From Podarcis vaucheri (taxonomy: Eukaryota), in assembly GCA_965113315.1 (NCBI GenBank), contig OZ220382.1: a DNA stretch of 64,000 nt. One strand, written 5' to 3'. A program made the position numbers and the translations under genes. Positions 1 to 11,478 of this stretch are shown piece by piece (positions within the stretch are counted from its first letter, which is position 1; each line of letters opens with the position of its first letter). A model generated the notes under the pieces. It had not been told where the DNA came from, searched no databases, and saw nothing but the letters and a program-made list of their open reading frames with translations.

Positions 1-3000
1 TCTTATTTAAAGGGACTGGAATTAGACAAAATATATTCTTCCTTTGTGATCAGTTTCTTAGAAATTTATATCTTAATGTACTTCTCAGAGTTGTTATCTT
101 TTAGTAGTATCCTCAGATTAAGGTAGTTCTACAGCAAGGGTTGGTTATCTGTGGGCCTAATCCTGCCCACCAAAGCCTGTCAGAGTCCTCTATAAACAGG
201 AAGCGCATTCGGAACTGCTCCAATATTTCCATCACCAGTCTCTGGAAACAGCACATCAGAGTTCTCCTTCCTTTTTCTTGGGCCCTTCAATTCTCATTGG
301 CACCAGAATAGAAGAGATGCTGGCATTGTCAAATTGGGCTGGGCTCCTTTCAGTTGTGATATATTGACCCTGAAATACCTTCCTCGGGGAGGCTTGTTTG
401 GTGCCAAGCTTCATATGCTTTTAGTTGTTTTGTAACTAACCAGGTATTTTATTTAAGCCTTCTGCTTTTTAAATTTTCTGTTTTAATTACTGCTGCCTTG
501 CTGTTCATACTATGTTTTTCTATTGATGTATCATTTTCTTTTGTTTTAAATTGTTTGGAAGCTACATTGAGAGCTCTTCAGACAAAAGCAGGGGGGGAAA
601 TGTATGCATACTAATACAGCATCCAAATTATAGAATTACCTGGAAACAAACCTTAAGAATGTCTTAACGTTGCGGAAGAATATATTTATTCAGGAGTGTT
701 AGACTCCTGCATAGGATGCCACTTGCATAGGATGTCACTTGCATCCTGCATAGGATTACCAATGAGTGCCACAATAAAAAAGAAAAATACTGGCAGGGTG
801 GGAGGCAGATACTGGTGTATTGGATTAAAAGTAGTAACGGTTGTTGCAGATATTTCCTTGCAAAGCTTTAACTCACTTAAGTGTTTAAAGAAACTCAGTG
901 TAAAAACAACATAGACTCCCATGTTTGCATAGACCTCATAAAATACTACTATTTGAATGTAGGGAAAAGATCCTTTGCTTTTGCTGTTCTGTGCATGCTT
1001 TGGCTTCAACCCCATTATATATATTATATACATATATAGATATGTTTCTGTGTTTACTTTATGACTTCTCTCTCTGCATTTTTAAAAACCCCAAATACTT
1101 TGATAATACTCACTTTTGTAGTTATGTCTCCTAATGGTGAGTTAAGGGTGATTTTTTTTGTTAGGAGGGCATTCCTTTCATCAGTTGCAAGTGCTCTGTG
1201 CAATTTGTCATGTTGCAAGGGATTATTGGAGTGCAGTGACAAGTGTGGATCAAATATGTGAGAGGGAAGATGCTCCCCCCCCCCTTTCCCGCTTCCTTTT
1301 ATCTCAGAAAATAGTTGACTGTACATGGGCAGGAGATTGCTAGGAAGCATGTGCCCATACTGCTTTTTAGTCAGTTTTGCATATTTCTTTTCAGAGTCTC
1401 CTTCTCCACTGATGATACCAAGGGACTATTATGCTTAATTTGTAACCTCAAAGTTTTTAAATTTCATATGAGTCAGTCTTCATGGTAAAGGGATATGTTA
1501 AGCGTCAAAAGGAATTATGAGCAAAGTCTATAAAGAATGGCGGTTATCCTATACTACCCACTCCTTTATAAGGACATTGGAAGGCTAGTGGGAAAGAGGG
1601 CTGTGCTCCTTGACGAAGAAGCATTTCTCTTTCCACTGTTACTTGGTTCAGAAGACCTGCCAATGCCCTGTTCCTTTAACCATATTCTGCTGTGCTTTTC
1701 CTACCCCTATATCTTGGCTATATGTAATGCTACATATCATATTTCCAGTTTACGTTTGCGTTCTTGCTTAAGTACCCAGTTACCCTTTTGCTTATAATTC
1801 CTAGTCTCCATGGTTTTTCCTGCTGTGGTTTTTCCTTTTTTGCTTTGTTAGTATTACATGCTAGTTTCTGATTTAAAAATAATAATATCCAGGATCTAGT
1901 GATCTCATTCTTATCCTTATGGGTATTTGCCATAGTACCAATAAAGCAAATAGTGCATTTTGTTTTGTTTCTCTGCTTCAGTGAACTCAATTAACTGTCA
2001 TAACCTCAAGAAACAAGGATGTGTGTGGTATGCAGAAAACTAAGCATATATCACAACCCTTAAAATGTGGTTTTTAATGCTGTGTAACAACCTAGCTTTT
2101 TGCATCGTCTCATTCAACATTTGAAAACACACATCTTATAAAGGCCTGCCAAGAGAGTGAAGTGCAACTGGGTAGTTGCTGCAGCTGGGGTGGCATGCAA
2201 TGGAAAAATAACAGGGCTGGAATTAATGAAGTAGTATTAACATCAAAGGAACTGTGCATATTTCTAGGGTATTCTCTGCCTGTAATTTTTATAGCTGGAA
2301 GGAGAAAGGAAGGGAGAGGAAACACTAGATTCATATTCAGGGTTATGAGGTTCATTTTTAGTTGAACGCAGCACAATTTTGTGGTTTGAGGAAACAGCAG
2401 CTTTTGAGAACTTTCTTATAAAGATTCCAGAACCTTTTCCAAGACCCATAAGTTTTCATTCTTTTGGCCAGCCACCTCAATTATATATTGCCAGTGGATA
2501 CTATCTTGCTTGCCCTTATCATAGGTCATTTCTAGGTTATTATACTGTATACAGTTAAGATAGATGAGAGAGGAATGTAAGAGTTGGCTCATACTTACCA
2601 TCAGAATACATGGATAACTTTGACTTCATACATATGTACAGCATATTAATTTTAGATATTGGGATTATAAAATGTGGCAAAAGGTAATTCTGCCAGTTAA
2701 AATTCCTGTTTGGTTAATATTTTGTTGCTGCCCCCTCATATGCAAGAGTTTTGCATATTTTCCTTCTGTTGTTACTAAGGAAGGTAGTGGGCTTTTGTAA
2801 TTGATTTCATTGTAAGCCATATTAAACTCAAATTTAAAAACTGGCTTTTTTAACTTTTAGAAAGCATATGTATATGCATATAAATATATATTGCATACAT
2901 TACCCATATGTTCAAGTCCACTTTTTATTCTAAAAACAGGAATCTCTTGACTGAGCAAAAAATAAAATTTTGGCAGTGTTTTCTTGCAAATATAGAAAGC

Positions 3001-3549
3001 TTCCAAGGGGTTCACTCAGATTCAAATTTAAAAGGCTCTTCTTTCATATTGGCATACGTTACTTGTAGATATACATTGCTCTATCTGCCTGGATGAAGGA
3101 GACAGAGCTTCTTTTGTTTCTGTTGTTTGGGATCTTCTGAATGTAAAAGGTGATATGTTATTGTACACTGCTGTATCTTTGGCAAAGCCTCTTAACCCAT
3201 ATCCTTCCCAGGCAACAGTGATGTGAAATAATTGTAGTTATTCATAATTGTGCTTCTGATCACACACTTCAGGATACCTCATATTTCTTTTTGAGGGAAG
3301 GAGTGAGGGAGTCTTTGGCAAAGCTTTTGGGGTGTTCCTCAGCATCCTTTTTTTTCTTGGGAAGAATTCTTGGGCTTACCAAGCTTTTCCCATAAAACCT
3401 GCCCATTCTAATTATTCCACATTTGTGCATTACATCACATCATTACTGATTCTTCTTTTGACAGGGCAGAACCCCTTCAGCATGAACCTCTGCTACTCTT
3501 ACCTGATCTGCTCCTCATGGTGAATGACCCCATAACTTTCTGTGTCTGT

Positions 3550-5113
3550 TACTGGCACCGGGTACGCATGAACCGTAAAGGTCTTGTTTATGGTACATTT
3601 GTAGTCTGCACAGATGCAGATTGAGCCATTGGGCTTGATGGGTGTGGTGATTGGGGTTTCACGGGGGTGTTAGGCACTGGCTCGAGCACTCCTTGCTCCA
3701 TGAGCCAGTCTAATTCCTCGTCATTGCGGGGTTTAAGGGCGAACGGGACCTGGCGGGCCTTGAACCTGATGGGTCGTACGGTGGGGTCTAGTTGTAGGCC
3801 AATGGGGGGCAGTATATCATCCCAATGCTCCGTCGAAAACCTCCAGAAAATCTTTGCATATGGCGTCCACGTGGGAGCTGGTGTGGTTCACCCCAGTGAT
3901 GGCTAGCCCCAGTGGCCCAAACCATGCCAACCCCAGTAAGCTAACGTAGGGCCCCTTGACCACAATCAAGTCTAATTGCCGCTTCCACCCTTGATATTGT
4001 ACATTGAAGGTTCCCACCTCCATCGCGGGGAGGGGACCTTGTGTTTTTGGAAGTCCTGGAGGGTGAATGGGGCCGGCCTAAGGTTGGGGCTGCCGCTGGG
4101 ACACAATTTCCTTAATGTCCGTGCCAAGATTATGGACAGGGTTGAGCCTGTATCAAGCTCCATGAGGCATGGGACTCCCTCTACCTGTACCTTGATGTAA
4201 TTTTTTTCTGCATTAGAATGAGGCAACTGGTATACCTGACAGTCTGTGATCTCCGTTGAGTTGCCTTGGTGTGTCGGACTACAGGGCCTGGGACTCTTGG
4301 GTCAGCCATCTGATGCAAGGCATCGGGCAGGGCGGGCACAGCACACCCAGGCAATGTGTCCCACTTTTCTGCATTGTTGGCATTCTGCGTTGTTGAAATG
4401 GCAAGTCCTCCGCTCTTGGCTCTCCTCACAGCTTGCGCAGTTCCCCTCTTCTGGACAAGGGTATTGTGATGGGCGTGCAGCTTGTGTGCACTGCTGCACT
4501 CAGTGCATGTCCTCCCGGTTGGATTCTGAGTCGTTGGTGAGGTTCTTGTGGTGGACCCTTGGTTGGGACGACGCATTTGACTGGAATCCTTGCGCTGACC
4601 TCTCGGCGGCTTCAGTTGCTAGAGCCTCCTCTAGGGCGACCTGGAACTTCAGGTCCTTCTTAGCATAGAGGCGCCACTACAGCTGCTAATCCCTCAGGCT
4701 GCTCACAAGGCTGTCGCGGAGCATGTTCTCCAGCTCTGTGAAGTTGCAGAGGCGGGCAGCCTGGTGGAGGGAGGTCACATACCTGGTTATGGGTTCTCCG
4801 GGGGCCTGCCACTTTGCGTAGAAGGCGTTGCGACATGCTTCCACCGAGGGCTGTGGCAATAAGTGCCCCTTCAGCCGTTCCATTATCATCCTGCAGTGAT
4901 TTCATGCTCTTTATTGCAGCTTGTAAAACACTGATTGAATTTCCCCGCAAACCTCAGGCTTTTATATACATTATTTACACAATGAGTCCTGTCCGATTGG
5001 CTGATTCTGCTTCCCTCCTGGAGCCTGATTGGTCTTCTCCTGCAAGCCAATCAATTGTTGCATTCTAGGATCCTACCTGCCTATTGTTCTAGGATCCAAG
5101 CTTAGTACATAAC
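3550..5113 (-). mobile_element. Truncated, frameshifted Ty3/Gypsy LTR retrotransposon (partial 5' LTR, gag, protease, start of RT)
   Basis: Gag-like RNAFYAKWQAPGEPITRYVTSL; CCHC knuckle CQQCRKVGHIAWVC; protease MELDTGSTLSII; RT start [15 protein letters not shown]...HAYPVPV. LTR ~4890-5113 has CCAAT boxes, TATATAAAA and AATAAA. Confidence 0.92.
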
Positions 5114-5204
5114 TGTCTGTAATGTTGTACTGATATCTGCAACACACCTGGTCCCCATCCTTTTCACCAAATTAAATGGAGGTGCAACCACCTCTCCCAG
5201 ACAG

Positions 5205-5620
5205 CTTCTTTTATTTTATTTTACAGTGTCTCACATCCATCTTTGAATATATGCCACTTCAAGTTCTTTCCAGCATTCTCTGTTGTTTGTTTGCTGCATC
5301 CACATCATAAGCCCTACTGTTAGTTCTAGGTCATCTACCCACCACATAGGTGATTGTCCCTTTAGTCTTTTAAAATTGTAGGGGCTCGATACTAGCACTG
5401 CTTTATTCCACCGACCCGAGTTGTCTCTTGCCAGAAGCCTTGCGTATGTACATTTCAACTTTGCGACCTTTTCTTCTAACGTTTATTCTCTGTCATATCC
5501 AATTATTAGTTTCCCTGTCTTTTAATTGCTCATTCCATTGCATGTTGTGCTGTTCTTAAACTGTTCGTGTTTCTTTGTGTCATAGTTCAGCTTACACATT
5601 TGTAATCAATTAAATGAAGA
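5205..5620 (-). mobile_element. 3' fragment of an RTE-clade LINE
   Basis: ORF 5231-5458 resembles the RTE C-terminus (LAR...GRW.KAVL...KR.KG..P..W.DDL...W.ELE.AYIQRW*), followed by a (TAAAA)n tail. Confidence 0.7.
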
Positions 5621-6974
5621 CAACCTCTTACAACTCAAATATTTTCTCATTAAAAGAAGTTGCACTTGGAGTGGAGGTGAAAAACTGGACTTTGGCTAAT
5701 ATAAGGGAAGGGGCAAGTCAAGATTATATGGTTTTAAAAGGGGGGACAAAAAGAAAGGGGATTTCAGATAGCTGCCTGTTGGCTCAAGCCTCTTTCCACA
5801 AGACAGGATTCAGTAGCAGTTGCTCTGGTTCTTTCAGCAACTTGGGCAGATGGTTCTTTGCCTTGAGTAGTAGATAACAAGCATATAACAGGGGACTCAG
5901 AGATGTTAGGAGGAGGGGCACTTGAGAGCAAAATTCAAAGCGCAGAAGGACAATATGCCCCAAACTAATGGGCAATTAGAGCTTGTTGTCCAACACCCTC
6001 CAATAAAATGCAGTAGTAAAATATTCCATTAAATACATGTGCCCTACAAGGTATTGCCTCTAATTGTGATGTTCCCAGAATGCTTTGTTGCCTATAGTTT
6101 CACATGTGCCTATGGGCTTAATCTTCAGAAGAATTTTAGTGCTTCTGCTGTGTTCAAACTGATTATATAATACTATACAATTAATTCTCTGCTATGCACA
6201 TATATTGAGCCTATACCTGTAGTATGTTTTGCAGTGTATATTCTATGTATGGATAAAAACTGGTGTAGATGAGTCTGAATCCCTTTGTGTTGGCATATTT
6301 TTGTTTGGGTGTGCTTATTCCCACGAGCACTGCAGATATTGGGGAGATGAAAAAGATCATGAGCAGCATGAAGAACACTAGAAAGAATTGGTATTTGTAG
6401 GTATCTTGTTTTGTTTTGGTACTTCTACCAAAATAATGCCAAGGTATGTCTGTTCTCTCTTTCACATCTTCTTCTGCTCATCCTTGTGCTATACTCAGTT
6501 CCTGATGGACACACACAAACCTAACTCTAGCACTTTCAATATAACTTTATACTGTAAATTTCGCTGTGAACTTTGGATGAAGGGAGTTATATAAATTTAA
6601 TTAATTAATAACTTTATCTTGTTCTTGATTGTTGTAATACTCCCCAGGTTCCTACAAGGCCTGTGTCCCTTGGAAGTCATCAGGTCAGTTCCTTAGCTAC
6701 TTCATTGAGCCCAGACTTCCCTTAAAATCCCATCTCTTGCCACCTACTGACTTGAAGAGAGCAGCAGGATTCTCCCTTTATAATCTTACTCAAGTACATT
6801 TACACTAGACACGTGGGATAAGCTATATTATCCGCAGAATCCATCCAGACCAGAATATAGACAGTTAAAAACATGAACACAAATTTAAGGAGCATAACAC
6901 CCTGAACAAATACTCTTTTTCTAAGGGGTTTCGTAAATAAATAATGATGGTATAAGAATGAAATCTAAGTACAT

Positions 6975-8450
6975 CAAAATAGCATTTGTTGCTTTTATTA
7001 CACATTTGCATCATTACAAGGATAATCAGATAATATATTAAAATCCCTACTTTGATTTATATACAAGACATGCTACATCACACTCCAAACTTTTGACACA
7101 CCTTGTATGTTAGGAAAGAAATAATGAGGTAATAAGAGTTTTTAAATGTATGATTTTCACTGTTCCTATAACGCAGCCTTATTCAACTGGTGCCCTTCAG
7201 ATGTTCTGAGTTTAGCTCTCAGCTCCAGCTAGCATGGCCAATGGTTAGGAGTGATGGGAATTGTGGTCCAAAACATCTGGAGGGCACCAGGTTTGGGAAG
7301 GATGTTATAATGCAACATGTGATAAAATAATCTATTCTGGAAACTTACCTCAGCAGAATACTTGAATTCAAGTTTCTGCCATGGACTTTATTTATAAATA
7401 TAATTGCATAATCACCTTTCAATATGTATACTTGGGCAATAATAGTGAAATATGGCAAATACAGTTTTAAGTTTCACATATTCTCAAAGGTCACAATCTC
7501 ATGTCCAAGGGCATTTAAATAAGTTCTATATCTATATCCATCATTTGCCTGCAAAATTGGATAGTGCTTTTTGTTGTTGCAATGACTACAGAGCAGGTAA
7601 TGACTCTAATGGTACAAAATAACTTGAAACCAATAAGCTGTCATTTAGGTGCAAAGGTATTAGTGTTGGTTACAAAAGTATACAGTGAACATGTAACATC
7701 TAAGATGCTTCTAAAATGACCAGATGTTTAACCGAAAAATGCTGAAACTGTTTTGTTTATGAGAAATATAGCTGTGTGGTCAGTTATGGATAATGCCTAG
7801 TGCATTAATAGTGAATATAACAACCTGGACTGTTTGTCAGATCTGTTTGTCCTGTACAAAATGATTCAGGACTGTTTGTCCTGTACAAAATGATTCATTG
7901 TTAAGTTCTAGGAGTGCTTTGAGACCCAAGAAAAATAGGGGATTCTATTTGTGCTGGGCACAGTGTGGACACTTCAAAGCAGACACTACACTCTCTCAAT
8001 ATCTAAAGAAGTTTAAATTAGGAACTTTCTAATATACCTGTACTGACTACATAGTTTCAAAGGATATTATTTCCTGTGTCAAATGAATTTATTATTTTTA
8101 AAAGTCTTGCTGTACAGTTTTTTAATATGTCCAGTATTTGAGAATATATAAAACATACAAAAATATTCAGATGATGTGGCAGTATTTTTAGCATCTCAGC
8201 TTATCTACAGTCCATTTTACCTGATAACTCTTTAAAAAAAAACCTCTTAAGAAAAAAGGAAAAAAATCATTTTGTGGTGACATTCTTAAAATCTTGTTAT
8301 TTTGGTTCTGGAACGATTCTTGGAAAATACAATATACAAGTCCTCTGATTAATAGCGGTCAATGTACAATATATTACATTCTTTGCTGGTGCAAAGATGT
8401 GTTCTGGATAGCACACACAACTGTTATATAAAAGGCTTGAGAAGTTCCTT
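6975..8450 (-). other. ANGPTL2: ANGPTL2 3' UTR (end approximate)
   Basis: AU-rich sequence after the stop, with minus-strand AATAAA at 8088-8093, 7387-7392 and 6994-6999. Which signal is used cannot be determined from sequence. Confidence 0.6.
7174..7304. mobile_element. Palindromic MER20-like hAT MITE in the probable ANGPTL2 3' UTR
   Basis: Arms CTGGTGCCCTTCAGATGTT / AACATCTGGAGGGCACCAG; degenerate 8-bp TSD ctataacg/ttataatg. Related copies at ~20530-20665, 22341-22485, 39085-39222, 40619-40715 and 59430-59560. Confidence 0.75.
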
Positions 8451-8650
8451 TTAGTGGAATGTGTTGGGATTAGGTCTGATCATCATGATAACCTTCTTCA
8501 GTGAGTATGAGCCTCCACGGAACTCAGCCCAATAGACACCATCTTGGTATCGACTTCGGTAGTGTCCTCCTCTGTACCAAACACCATTGAGATTCGAGTG
8601 TGCACATGCATTGTACCACCATCCCCCTTTCTGGTAATGAGCACAGTTAC
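8451..8650 (-). CDS. ANGPTL2: ANGPTL2 last coding exon (absent from the ORF track)
   Basis: Manual translation: (G)[65 protein letters not shown]. Acceptor TTTCTATTACAG|GT, TAA at 8453-8451. Total CDS 799+194+271+200=1464 nt. Confidence 0.98.
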
Positions 8651-9647
8651 CTGTAATAGAAATGAGAATATCACTCTATGAATAAATGGATGAGTTAAAC
8701 TTTGTGCTTTTCCATTTGCAAGGTTCTTGATGCTTCTGTCTCTCTTCAGAACAAAACCTCAGGACATGCAGAAAACTTGGCAGAGGAGGCAAGATTGGTG
8801 GCAACTACAGATATGGTTCACTACAAAGTCAAGTCAAAAACTGGGGCTCCTTGGTGTGTGGCTTGTATTCCCTGGTTGGGCTTTTCTGCCCTTGACAGTT
8901 TCAAGTGCATCAGCTCCACCAGTTGCTTGTTGGTATGTTGCATCCTGATTGGCTACTGGAACTACTTAGCAAGCTTCTAGGAAGCCTAAATTAGGAGTGG
9001 ACAGAAGGTAAATCTTGATCTGCTTGTAGATCTCTGGGTAATTGACAAAGCTTTCTTACTCCCAGTTGTTTAACAATAGAGAAGTGAAATGACTCCCCCA
9101 CCCCAGTTATACTGCTGAAATGAAGAAAGCTTGGGACAACCAAGCTTTGGGATTCTTGTGTGGAAGGACTGTGAGTGTCACCCAGTTTCAGTGACGCAGA
9201 ACAAATTCCTGGGTTCACAGTTCTTTAATTCTAGGGCCCCAGGGTTTCCAGTAAAAACAAAATAGATCCTGCAAGCCTATCTGCCCATCTCTGGCTTGAG
9301 CCTCTTAGGCATTATAATATCTGGATAGGTCTCCAGGCTGTTACATCTCCTGCCATGCCTGCTCTACCCGCAGTTCCTTTTGGCTGTTTTGTCTCACCCA
9401 CTTTCCTGCCTATTTTGCTACTTCTAGAAATATAGAAGCATGTCAGAGGGACTGCTTGCAGAATGCCTGGGAACTCCAGACAAGGATTTGATTAAGAACT
9501 TATATCTGTAGTTGTACATTTGGTATGTTCCTGACATCCAGAATAATATATTTTTTCAATTTATTTAATATATAAAAATAAAATGTTTTCATATACATTT
9601 TTATGTGCCTTCACATAGAGTTCATAGCTCATTTTAATCTTTCGTAC

Positions 9648-9918
9648 CTGTGTATACATCATGGTCTCTGTCCAGTGTAGTGAATTGCTTCCCATTGTGC
9701 CATGTGAAAGAGTCTCCAGCATTGCCATTGTATCGGCCCAGTCGCAACTTGTAGTATTCACTTTCTGGCTCAAGTCGGAAACTGGCATATTCAGCAAACA
9801 CTTTCCGGCCTGACCAGTCTTCCATGGTTATTAACAATTTGTAGTTGCCTTGATTTGTCAGCCAATAAATATTTTCTAAGCCCAACCAGTACTCTCCATC
9901 GATATTACCGAATCCTTG
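9648..9918 (-). CDS. ANGPTL2: ANGPTL2 exon 4 (fibrinogen-like domain)
   Basis: QGFGNIDGEYWLGLENIYWLTNQGNYKLL...FTTLDRDHDVYT(G); acceptor TTTCTTCTACAG|CAA, donor CAG|GTACGA; 271 nt. Confidence 0.98.
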
Positions 9919-11284
9919 CTGTAGAAGAAAGAAAATAAAAAATAAAATATGAATTAGCACTTGGCATTGATCTTTTGTAACACTCATACGGTGTACTTAG
10001 CTGCAGTGAGATTGTGATGTTTCTGGGCTGACAATCTGAAAATCACCATCTGGCTCTGCACTGTGGGTCATTTTCCAAACTAAGTGGCTCGCTGGCTTCC
10101 TGTGGATGTGTGCTTACCTCTTTGAATTCATGCCCTGCTGCTTCTTTCTATGTCAGTTAAAAAATAGTTAAGGAAGATTCCTCCCCCTTTTGGTCCTTGA
10201 AAATCTAAGCACACTTCACACTTCATCTTTATATCATGGGAGTCTTATTTCCGATGGCTTATTCCCAGGTTGCCTGGTGGTGTGTATATCTTGGAACCCA
10301 ATGTGTAGGGCCAGTACTGTTGTTCTTTTCCTCCCAAACATTGCCCTGCCACGATAGGGGGATAAAATTTGGGAGGCAAGGAACCATGTCATTTGCACCA
10401 AAGACTCCAAGGGCTCCAAGATGCTCACTCACACACTGTCATTGATTATTCTCTACTGGAGTGACATCAGAAAAAGTCTCAGGGAACCAGCCATTAGAAT
10501 AAGGTGTGATTTGCGCCTCTGAGCTTATCCTTATATTAAACTATGTGTTTGAGCCCTCAAGGGTCTTGGGCCTCAAACCAAGTTCTGCAATGGATGCCTT
10601 GCCCTTGCACTTTTTCTGGAAAGCTATTATCAGGCACAAAGGACATTTTTGCTGCTCCCTGCAGTCCAACCCAAATAGAATTATAGGATTGGAACTTCTT
10701 ATCTTTTCCTTTTCCATATAAAATAGCCTTTCCATAAATACTTAGTGCACATGCAAAAAGTAGTAAGCAGCTTACTACTACAGATCTTTCATGGTCTTGA
10801 TTGAGTGCCTTTAAGTTGTGCTACCAGACTCCACCTTCATTTCAACTCCATTCCTCACTTTGACTTTAATCAACCCATCTGCAGTCCCTATCTGCAGACC
10901 TTCTCTTTTGATTTAAATACTGCAAGTACTTCAAATTGTATGCTTTCTTGTTTCCTTGTACATTCTAATCCTTTTTAAAACCCAAATCTATCTTTCTGAT
11001 GGTTGTCCCCGCCTTATTATTTATTGATAACACTCCAGATACCAAATTCTTAGGAGAATATTGTTGAAGTCCAGCTGAAACTATATGATTAAGAGGCCCA
11101 GGGAGAAATGGTCCGTGTTTTGCTGCCTTTGACAGCGACATTTTAAATAGTTCAGGTACTCCTCCTTCTGTCATGGATGTAATCAAATGCCCTAACTACT
11201 TCAGGTAAATTATTGTTGGAAAGACTGAAACATGAATTCAAATAATGTTTCTTAGAATAAAAACTCACAGTTGTTTGTCCTAAC

Positions 11285-11478
11285 CTTGTAAGTCTCCCAG
11301 TTCCTGAAAAAGTTGACAGATCCATCCAAACGTCTCTGAATGACTGTCCAGCCACCAGGATCTTGCCGTTGATCACACCAGACCTGCATCAATCGGTTTG
11401 TATTTTCAGGTTTCACAAGATATATGGAACTGGTGTCATGACCATCTTCTAAAGCTTGCAGGCAGTCTCTCCAAGGAC
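11285..11478 (-). CDS. ANGPTL2: ANGPTL2 exon 3 (start of fibrinogen-like domain)
   Basis: GPWRDCLQALEDGHDTSSIYLVKPENTNRLMQVWCDQRQDPGGWTVIQRRLDGSVNFFRNWETYK; acceptor TTTTTCAACAAG|GT, donor AAG|GTTAGG; 194 nt, frame-compatible with exon 2. Confidence 0.98.

Noticed and set aside
1-3500. Search for the upstream RALGPS1 exon (ending ...PSIPYLG)
   Set aside because: No matching frame with splice sites found; it probably lies outside the window.
8640-8655. ANGPTL2 last-exon acceptor followed by GTAAC (AG|GT)
   Set aside because: Explained by the conserved split Gly codon followed by Asn; the 1-kb intron has no need for recursive splicing.
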